DNA from: Diplonema japonicum
Taxonomy: Eukaryota > Protista > Euglenozoa: Diplonemea
Reading direction: 5' to 3'
NCBI GenBank assembly: GCA_964019335.1
Contig: OZ025754.1
Coordinates: 220,816 to 284,815 of the forward strand
Length of the DNA: 64,000 bases
In this document: piece by piece, positions 56,111 through 64,000 of the stretch
How the letters are laid out: each line of letters starts with the position of its first letter
Numbering within the stretch: position 1 is the stretch's first letter
Program-made: the position numbers and the translations under genes
The notes under the pieces: model-generated
What the model saw: the letters and a program-made list of their open reading frames with translations, nothing else
What the model was told of the DNA's origin: nothing
Databases searched by the model: none

Positions 56111-59100
56111 CATGCAGATTACACCCGACATGGTGGCCAAGGCCCCCCACATCTGCAGCCAGAGGTGGCTCTCTAGGGTGCTTGATGAGAAGGCGCTGGA
56201 GGACCTCTTGGCGAAAGCAGATGCACGCTCGAGAGCGAGGTTGATGTCGGAGTCAATGCACTATGCGGGGGCGTGGTTGACGGCGACGCCTGACTTCTAC
56301 AACCAGCTGTTGGACAACGAGTTTGGGGCTCTGATCAAGTGGTGGTTGGGGGCTCCGGTCTACAAGCAGGGTGAGAGCTGCCACGACCCGAGGTGCAAGA
56401 CTGAGGGGATGGACGTATGGGGTGACCATGCCCAGGGATGCGACAACGCCAGGATTGCGAGGCACAACCGGGTGAAGGAGACCATCCACAGACACTGTCA
56501 GTGGGCCGGGGTGAGCGCAACGATGGAGAAGACGGGGCTGATCCCGGGGTCGTCCCAGCGCCCGGCGGACGTGTTCTTCCCAGGTGGGGTGGGGGGTTCC
56601 CGCCCAATGGCTATGGACGTGGTCATCGTGCACCCGAGGAACGAGTCTTGTGTCAACCAGGCGGCGAAGACTGCGGGGTACACAGCGGCGAAGGCGGAAC
56701 ACTACAAGCGCCAGAAGTATGAGGCGGAGCTCGCCAAGACACGCGTGGCCTTTGTACCTTTCGCGATGGAGACCTTCGGGGGGTTCGGGGAGGCAGCAGT
56801 CTACCTCACGAAGAAACTGTCCAGGAGCATAGCTGCGCGGGCTCACGGACAGAGTCTCGATACACAGGCGTGTGGTCCAAGAGGTGTCAACGGCCATGAT
56901 GAGATCGATAGCAGGGGCGCTGTTAGTCAAAGGGCCTGTACAGTTGGATCCAGGGCCCCCGGTACCGGACGGCGAAGAGGAAAAAAAGGACAACGAGGAA
57001 GCGAACAACGAACCCAACACTGAATCCAACACTGACCTCACAGAGGACTCCTTCGGCAATGAAAAAACCACCGAAGCTGAGGAGTCGTCCGAGAGGGAAG
57101 TGAAGGGACAGGGAGGCGGACCCCCAATCACGGTGGCCCACCAGCTGGATGCCCTTCTGGAGCAGACGAAGAAGGACCTGGACGCCCGAATGCAGCAGCA
57201 GCGAAAGGCGGAACCGGTGGAGGGTGGAACACAAGGGAAAGCGGGAGCAGGACTCGAAGCAGCCTCGCCGGGAGGAGAAGACACGGAGATAGCCGGAACA
57301 GGATCCAGCGAGAGGGCTGGGCAGGGAGGGGAGCTTGACCCGAAGGCCCAGGAAGATGGGAAGAGACAAGGGGCGACTGACGCTGCGGTGAACCAGACCT
57401 TGGACCAGTGTCCTAAGGGGGATACGGAGGCCCAGAGGGACTCGAACAAGGGGGACCAGAGTGCGACAACTGCTACGAGGAAGATGACCGTGAGCGAATT
57501 CTGTAGGGAACAAGCTGCGAAGAGACAGGGCGGTGGGAGGACTCTGAAGCCGCAGGCGGATGACGCCCCCGAAGGGACCAAAGAGGGCGGGAACGCACCG
57601 AGCGGAGGCAGCCAGTCGGGGCCTGACACACCTAGGGGTGGGATCCAGACGCCGGAGGGAGATCAGCTGATGGGAGTCGGGGCACCGGAAAGGGAACAGC
57701 AGGTGGAAGTAGGGGGAGACTTCGTTCAGCTTGACCCGATTGATGTGGTGATGGGCATCCCAATTCCGAGAGCGATGGTGCCACTGAGGGCGAGGCCGGG
57801 GGACCGACTGCTCAAGTTCATCATCCAGTTCGAGGGCCGGGTGGAGATCATCCTTGAAGAAGGAACGGACCCTGGAAGGGAGAGGACTGAGGAGATGCTT
57901 CTTGCGAAGGCCGAGTCGCTGGGTGTTCCACTGGAGGTGGCTATGGCTGGCCAGATTGGTATCGCTGGACTTGGATACATGATGGTAAAGCAGTACTTCG
58001 CAAGCTTGGAAGGTGGGTCGGACGGAGAGCGCCGCAGCCGCATTGTGGGTTGTGAGGTGCAGAAGTCGGAAACATACCGCGAGTTCGAGTTCCCGAGGAC
58101 GGTCCAGGATTTCCAGATCACGTATGCGTGTGGGTGTTCGGCGGTGCAACCTGTTCGTTTCAAGGGTGGCGTGCTCAAGGGGACTCTGGAAACGGCATGG
58201 AGGGTGGTCAAGTTGCAGACCCGGGGGTGCAGACACCACCCGACACCGGGGAAGGAAGGGGTAGTGGGCATTGCGGCGGGAGCCGGCGCTACCAAGGTGA
58301 CACTACGTGAGTTCTTGGAGAGGTGCGACGCAAGGATAAGGGCCCCAGTGGGAAAGGTCAAGGACCTGATCAAAGTGAAGGCGTGGGTGAGGGATGGAAG
58401 GAAGGTCACCCTCGACGTCTACGAGGGGAGGGGGCCCTGCGAGAAGGAGACGAGGCGCACTGTCCAGGACCATCTGCGGAAGATGGGTGTTGAAGAGGTC
58501 GACCTGCAGTCAGCGGTGGTGACGGTCCCGGGGTTGTTCGAGGACGTCTCCTTTGAGAGGTACCTTGGGCTGTTGGCCCGGAAGAAGGAGGAAGACAGGG
58601 AGAGGCGGCCTGAGGTGGTTGCCACGGACCTCCCCACCCTGGAAGAGCTGAAGTGGAGCAAGAAGGACAAGAAGCGGGCCCGGGCCCGATCGGCCAGTAC
58701 TGACTCGGATTGTGTGGAGGGTGGCTACATCTATCTGAAGGGTACGGGGGCGGATGGCACCGTGGTCGAAGCCAACATATGCAGGGGTGAGCTCAAGGGG
58801 ATGACCGGGCCCCAGTTCAAGTTCTTGGCGGAGCACAGGTTGATGGAAGAGCTGGGGAGCGACGACCTGGTGCGGGACACGGTCAAGGTGCGCAACAAGG
58901 AGAACTGGGCCCCGGTGAACAGTGCGGTGGCTTGGCTGCAGCTCGAGTCGGGGAGGGCACGGGTGGGGCCCATACCCCACAAGAAGAGGTCCAAAGGCTC
59001 GCTGGCCAGATAGGCCAGCGGGGGTGTGGGGGGCTGTTCTCCCCCCCCCCCCCCCCCCGCCATAGGAAGATGTGAAACTTTTTTTTTTTTTCTGAGAAAA

Positions 59101-59165
59101 AAAAAAAGGGAAAAATAAAAGAATAGGGAACAGGTGCTACAACGGCCAGGCTAGATAGAATCACT
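56111..59165 (+). mobile_element. 5'-truncated CRE/SLACS-like non-LTR retrotransposon: CCHC + REL endonuclease + long C-terminal extension
   Basis: AGAWLTATP, C...C...DVWGDHAQGC, RHNRV, RPADV, MDVVIVHP, KRQKY and PFAMETFGGFG; frameshift near 56840 into VQEVSTAMMRSIA; open to 59013. The 3' boundary is approximate. Confidence 0.88.
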
Positions 59166-59837
59166 TAGATTTTTTTTTTTTTTTCCTTTTTTTTTTTCTT
59201 TTTGTTTTTCTTTTTTTTTATTTTTTTATTTTTCTGTTTTTCTTTTTCTTTTTGAAGTGGAACCATCTCGGTCGACGTTTTTTTTTTTTTCTTTTTTCTT
59301 TTTTCTTTTGTGGTGATGTGTTTTTCCTGTTTTTGATTTTCTTCTTCCCCCGCTCTATGCTTTTTCGCATGGACATTGGTCACTCTGCCCCTTTCCCCTT
59401 TTTTGATTCTCCCTCTTTCCCTCCTAAATTTTACCCCCTGCCCCACTCATTCCTCCCTAGTATGTTTTTGAATTTGCCTCTTCTTCTTTTAAGCCTTTTT
59501 TGAGATTTTTATTTTTGAATTTTTATCATTTGGAGTTGCTTCTTCTTCTTCCCCTCTCCCTCCCATAAAGAAAAAGAGAAACCCATGCCTTCCTCCCAGG
59601 TTGGAACTTGATTGTCTGTTTTGGAATATTTTTATTTTCTCTTAAGATTTATCGTGCCTTGTGTGTCTTTTGAAGAAAAAAAAAAAAAAAAAAAACATTC
59701 TCAAGTCCCCCTTTTTATTTATTTTCTCAAGGTGACCGCAGCCACAGCCCGCAGGAGCAAGCCCGCAGCCCGCAGCACGCGCCGAGACCCACCCAACCAG
59801 GCAATCTGGTTGGGCAGTATGAATCCCCACCCCCTAG

Positions 59838-62800
59838 ATCCCCCCACCCCCCTTTAGAAAAAAAAATAATAAAATAAAAAAATCACTAGCAGAGACCGCG
59901 GTTTTGACCGCCGCTGCTACAACCACGGCCGCCCCAGCCACCCTGAACGCCGCAGCCGACCCTGCCGCCCTGATCGCCGCAACTGAGACCGCCGCAGCCG
60001 CCCCTGCCGCAGCCACGACCGCCCCTGCCGCAGCCGACCCTGCTATTGTTGAAGAGGGAAGAAAAGAGGGAGAAAAAAAGGGGTGGGTACTGGTGTATGG
60101 TGAACACCCTCCCGGGTTGAGGACGGGCCCGGCCCCTGCCTTCCCGAAAGCCCTGCTTTCAGGAAAGTGGGAGGCCCTGTCTGGGAACTCAGGGAGGGAG
60201 ACCCTCCAATACGGGTACCGGTGGGAGGGGACGAACGCCAAGGTGCGCCCCACCACGGGGATCCCAGGGGGGGCGGAGGGGTGGGTGAGGGAGGTGGCCG
60301 CCGCCGCAGGGCTCGAGGTGGTCCCCAACCAGGTACTTGTCAACAAGTACAAGTCTGGTTGTGGGATTGCCGCCCACAAGGACGACGCGAGGCTGGGACC
60401 GATTGTCCTAGTCCTCTCGTACGGAGCCGAGACCACAATGGTCATGAGGAGGGGGGACAGGGTGGCGAAATACCTGGTGCCCCCCTTCTCATGGGCATTG
60501 TTGGAAGGTGAAGCGAGACACCAGTGGACGCACCACATCCCGTCCGGGATGTCCACTGGTGTCAGGGTGTCGATCACCCTGCGTGCGGTAGGCCCCAAGC
60601 TCACCCGCACACCCCAGGAAGACCCATCCCCTGGGTTAACAGACGAACCCCCTTTTTTAGATCCCCTTTTTTGTGGGCAAGGGGGGGTGGCACTCCCAAG
60701 AGAGGATAGTGCCCCACCCGCCCCCCCTTTTTTTTTAGAACCCTCTTCGGAGGAAAACAGACCCTCTTCGGAGGAAAATAGAGAGAAAGGGGAAGAGGTG
60801 GCACTCCCGAGAGAGGGTGGTGCTCCTCCCCCCCATTTGTCCCCCCCTTTTTCATTTTTAGAGCCCTCTCCAGAGGAACCCTCCACGGAGGTAAAAAACA
60901 GACCCTCTTCGGAGGAAAAAAAGGCAGAGGGAGAGACAGCACGCCCGAGAGAAGGTAGTGCCCCTCCCTCTCTGCCCCCCATTTTTTCTGGACCCTCTAC
61001 GGAGGTGTACACCCTGGTCCCCAAGGGCCGGGGGCTTTTTTTGAGGGTGGAAGGGAAAGAAAAAAAAAAAACAAACAAGGAGGAACCTTTTTTCTTTTCA
61101 AACAACCAGGGGGACCCAGCACCCACCCCCACCGCCCGCCTAGGTGTGGTTGGGGCGGAGGCTGCGAGCGACGTGAGAGCACCACTGCACACCCTTGTGA
61201 GAAGACAGAAAAGAGCCCCCTGGATTGCCATGGGTGGCAGGGAACCTAAGCCAGCGCCCAAGCGGAAGAAGAACAGGAGGAGGCACAGGAGCGAAACGGC
61301 CCTTCAGAGGCGTCGGGAGAAGAGGACCAAGGCGAGGGAGGGGGCGAGGGAGGCTGCCAGACAGGAGAAGAAAAGGCACCGTCGTGCGAGGAAAGAAGGG
61401 AGGAGGAGGGCCCGCAGAGAGGAACACGAGGCCGCCCTGGAACAGAAGCCAGATGACCCTGCAATGGGGCTGAAGCGGACCGAGGTGGGAACGCCTGGAG
61501 CCCAACCCCTGGCACCCAGAATCCCGGCACCTGGGGCTGCAACCGGCACAAGGAGGCACCGCAGACGGACGGGACACAGCAAGGAAGGGGTGAGATGGGA
61601 GCACCTGGGGGTGTGGGCCTGGGTCGCCCTGGTCTCCCTCTTGCTGATCCCAGGGGTGAGGCAGGTGCTGGGGGCGGGCATCGGGATGGCCCCCTCCTTC
61701 CTGCATGCGGCAGTGTTGTGGAAGAGGCCGGGGAGCGACAGGAGGACCACCCGCAGGTCAAGGGTACAGGTGGGGCCCCGAGGGGATGAATGGTCCGCCG
61801 GGGAGCTCGCTTGGCTAGCAGTAGGGGGCACTCTGGTGGGAAGCACTTCAGTTTGGATAGGGGGGCTGATGTCGCTCTGGGCCATGTCGGAAGTGATGGT
61901 GTGGAAAGCTGGTGCTGACCCGACCCAGAGATTCGGACCGGTAAAGCTGAGGAAGACAAGACGCGGATCGAGAGGTCACTACCTGCCGGTGTACTTGGGC
62001 CCGCCTAGAAGCTCAAGACGCAGAAAAAAGAAGGAAGACGCCAAGCAAGCGGCGAAGGAACGAGCCGAGACGGAGGATAAGCTCTTTCAGGCCGAACACC
62101 TGGACCCCTTTGCGGACTTGACGCTGGCAGGGGACGCGTTGCAAGGAGGTGGTGACCCTCCCCCCATGGATTTGGATGATGAGCACATGGAGGCGCAGAA
62201 GGAGGGGGAAAAAGAAGGATCAGACAAACATCAATGCCGGATGGAAGACTGCTCTTTCCGCACCAGTGTGGCAAGCTGTCTAGTTAAACACCTCAATGCG
62301 GTCCACCATCATTTTGTGAAACAAGAGCAGGCGAGGAGCATGAAGGTGAACCTCTGTGGAACGTGTGCTGCGGCGTGCTCGTCGAACCAGACGCACTGTG
62401 CACTACACAGGCAGCGGAATCTGTGGAACCCCGACAAACAACCCAGTCCCGGCAAGTCAGTGGACGAGATCATGAAGAGCTTCAAGCTGACGAGGAGATC
62501 GACGGAGAAGGACGGGAACTGCATGTTCCACGCCCTGGCCGGTTCGCTCGGGGAAGCCTACGGCGACCACACCCACATCAGGAGCGAGGTTGTAGAATGG
62601 ATGAAACACCGGGAGGAGCACTATGCCCCGTTTTGCAGTGAGGGTTGGGACCGGTACTTGGAAGGGATGGGCACAGCAGCGACGTGGGGAGACCACTTGT
62701 GCCTGGCAGCCGCAGCACAAGCGTTTGGCCGCACGATACTCGTGGTTGCTGGGGGGAACAACCCAGTCCTGATGATAGGGGAGTACAACTCCGACCACGA

Positions 62801-64000
62801 GAAGGTGGTGGTGCTGGCGTACAACGGCAACCACTACGAGTATGCAGTCGGAGAGGAGGAGTCGATGATGATGCTCCTTGATGAGTCCCAATCGGTAGCT
62901 CTACAAAAGGCAGGTAAGCAACCCTCCGAGGCCCCGGGTGAGGACATCGGGGAGTGGGACATAATAGACCGTGCGATCCCTGGATACGGGAAGGCAGGGG
63001 TGTTGGACCAGATGGGGGCAAGGAACCAGCAATTCCTGTACTGTCCGGTGGCGAACTGCGCTAGGTCGAAGTGCAAAAGCACGACCCCGTTCAACTCGAC
63101 AAGGGTATGGAAGTGTCACCTGGATGGGCACCTGGAGAGTGATGAGATCCCGGAGAGCGTTCTGAGGAGACTGGACCTCGAGAGGTGCCTGGTGTGCAGG
63201 GGCTGTGTGTGGAAGGGTCAGGGGTGCCACGACGAGTGCAAAAAGGCGGTGCGAAGGGAAGGGGAATACACGACCCCCCCGCCGGCCCCGACGAGGACCG
63301 AGTTACCCAGCCTGGAAACCATAGCCGCCATGAACGTCACGACCATGGGGTCGATCCCGACGAGCCTTCAAAGACTGTGGGGGCTTACCCTTAAGCACAC
63401 TCTGGGCCGAGCGGTGAAGGACAACACAGAGGAGGCTTGGCTGCTGGTGGCGATGCTCCCCAAAGCCTGCCTGTGGAAGAAGAGGGGAGGGAAGAAGCGG
63501 GACAAGGAGACGGAGCTGAGTGTCCAGGCCAGATTGGAGGAGTGGGAGAAGGGAAATTACATGGCCCTCTGGAATAAGCTGGAATCAGGTGAGAAGGGGG
63601 GACCTAAGAACGACGAGGTCTCTAAGGTCGCCAGGGCCACGGAACTGTGCAGCAAAGGGAGGTTCTCGGCAGGAAACGCGGCGCTTGTAGCCCAGGGGCT
63701 GGCGGAAGACAATGAGGATTGCTGGAGAGCGCTGCAGAGCAAACATCCAGAGCCACTACACCCCCAATGGGACAACCCGGCGAAGACGAAGGAAGCGGTA
63801 GAAGTCTTGCCAGAAGAAGTGCTGGACGCAATCAGGGGCTTCCCGAGGGGGACTGCTGCGGGACCGCAAACCCGCAAACCCGCAAACCCGCAAACCCGCA
63901 AACCCGCAAACCCGCAAACCCGCAAACCCGCAAACCCGCAAACCCGCAAACCCGCAAACCCGCAAACCCGCAAACCCGCAAACCCGCAAACCCGCAAACC
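59838..64000 (+). CDS. CRE-like retrotransposon polyprotein: AlkB, repeats, basic tract, hydrophobic segments, C2H2 ZnF, OTU, ZnF, RT N-terminus (partial)
   Basis: Manual translation finds no stop from 59838 to the window end. AlkB NQVLVNKY..GIAAHKD..WTHHI..RVSITLR; OTU DGNCMFHAL..WGDH..NHY; CRE-type MLPKACL, LQSKHP and FPRGTAAGP. The probable ATG at 59819 is one base out of frame across a homopolymer. Confidence 0.88.
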   Translation, partial: MPPPPFRKKNNKIKKSLAETAVLTAAATTTAAPATLNAAADPAALIAATETAAAAPAAATTAPAAADPAIVEEGRKEGEKKGWVLVYGEHPPGLRTGPAPAFPKALLSGKWEALSGNSGRETLQYGYRWEGTNAKVRPTTGIPGGAEGWVREVAAAAGLEVVPNQVLVNKYKSGCGIAAHKDDARLGPIVLVLSYGAETTMVMRRGDRVAKYLVPPFSWALLEGEARHQWTHHIPSGMSTGVRVSITLRAVGPKLTRTPQEDPSPGLTDEPPFLDPLFCGQGGVALPREDSAPPAPPFFLEPSSEENRPSSEENREKGEEVALPREGGAPPPHLSPPFSFLEPSPEEPSTEVKNRPSSEEKKAEGETARPREGSAPPSLPPIFSGPSTEVYTLVPKGRGLFLRVEGKEKKKTNKEEPFFFSNNQGDPAPTPTARLGVVGAEAASDVRAPLHTLVRRQKRAPWIAMGGREPKPAPKRKKNRRRHRSETALQRRREKRTKAREGAREAARQEKKRHRRARKEGRRRARREEHEAALEQKPDDPAMGLKRTEVGTPGAQPLAPRIPAPGAATGTRRHRRRTGHSKEGVRWEHLGVWAWVALVSLLLIPGVRQVLGAGIGMAPSFLHAAVLWKRPGSDRRTTRRSRVQVGPRGDEWSAGELAWLAVGGTLVGSTSVWIGGLMSLWAMSEVMVWKAGADPTQRFGPVKLRKTRRGSRGHYLPVYLGPPRSSRRRKKKEDAKQAAKERAETEDKLFQAEHLDPFADLTLAGDALQGGGDPPPMDLDDEHMEAQKEGEKEGSDKHQCRMEDCSFRTSVASCLVKHLNAVHHHFVKQEQARSMKVNLCGTCAAACSSNQTHCALHRQRNLWNPDKQPSPGKSVDEIMKSFKLTRRSTEKDGNCMFHALAGSLGEAYGDHTHIRSEVVEWMKHREEHYAPFCSEGWDRYLEGMGTAATWGDHLCLAAAAQAFGRTILVVAGGNNPVLMIGEYNSDHEKVVVLAYNGNHYEYAVGEEESMMMLLDESQSVALQKAGKQPSEAPGEDIGEWDIIDRAIPGYGKAGVLDQMGARNQQFLYCPVANCARSKCKSTTPFNSTRVWKCHLDGHLESDEIPESVLRRLDLERCLVCRGCVWKGQGCHDECKKAVRREGEYTTPPPAPTRTELPSLETIAAMNVTTMGSIPTSLQRLWGLTLKHTLGRAVKDNTEEAWLLVAMLPKACLWKKRGGKKRDKETELSVQARLEEWEKGNYMALWNKLESGEKGGPKNDEVSKVARATELCSKGRFSAGNAALVAQGLAEDNEDCWRALQSKHPEPLHPQWDNPAKTKEAVEVLPEEVLDAIRGFPRGTAAGPQTRKPANPQTRKPANPQTRKPANPQTRKPANPQTRKPANPQTRK
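63864..64000. repeat. Perfect (CCCGCAAA)n array, telomere-like
   Basis: About 17 units, running off the window end. Confidence 0.95.

Noticed and set aside
56098-56112. CAACGAT at the retroelement junction as a spliced-leader target mimic
   Set aside because: Only 7 nt, it is peptidase coding sequence, and the species' spliced leader is unknown. I saw no SL gene in the window.
59834-61261. 475-aa minus-strand ORF in the track
   Set aside because: Antisense shadow of the + strand AlkB polyprotein; no motifs of its own.
62115-62165. DLTLAGDALQGGGDP as a 2A ribosome-skipping peptide
   Set aside because: Lacks the required D(V/I)ExNPGP; LxGG fits better.
63864-64000. True chromosome end
   Set aside because: The C-rich strand runs 5' to 3' toward the end, the wrong polarity for a terminal telomere.

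Overview
Eukaryotic protist DNA with euglenozoan-like organisation (diplonemid or kinetoplastid; the taxon is my inference). Genes are intron-poor, each preceded by a polypyrimidine tract plus AG, and every host gene from 5.7 to 49.7 kb lies on the minus strand. The core (14.5-40.3 kb) is single-copy within this window: a WSC glycoprotein, Ubl/UIM calpain, WD40-PDZ coiled-coil protein, SAS-6, GT92-like glycosyltransferase, PH-pseudokinase, RhoGAP-like protein, PhyH dioxygenase, and a polysaccharide-lyase-like receptor tyrosine kinase. Both flanks are rich in transposons and duplications: two APE-RT LINE relics, a pogo-like end, a Crypton-like hairpin element, a Sola2-like transposon, a hAT-like MITE, and three variable kinase-LRR paralogs. 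The standout is at 55-64 kb. An ORF missing from the supplied track (+ strand, 59838 to beyond 64000, no stop by my manual translation) encodes a CRE/SLACS-like non-LTR retrotransposon polyprotein with an RNA-virus-like accessory set: AlkB dioxygenase, hydrophobic segments, an LQGG motif, zinc fingers and an OTU protease, then the start of RT, which is cut by a (CCCGCAAA)n array. Just upstream, a 5'-truncated CRE-like copy supplies the REL endonuclease plus an unusual ~690-aa C-terminal extension and is fused in frame to a serine carboxypeptidase. All domain calls come from manual motif recognition; no searches were run.
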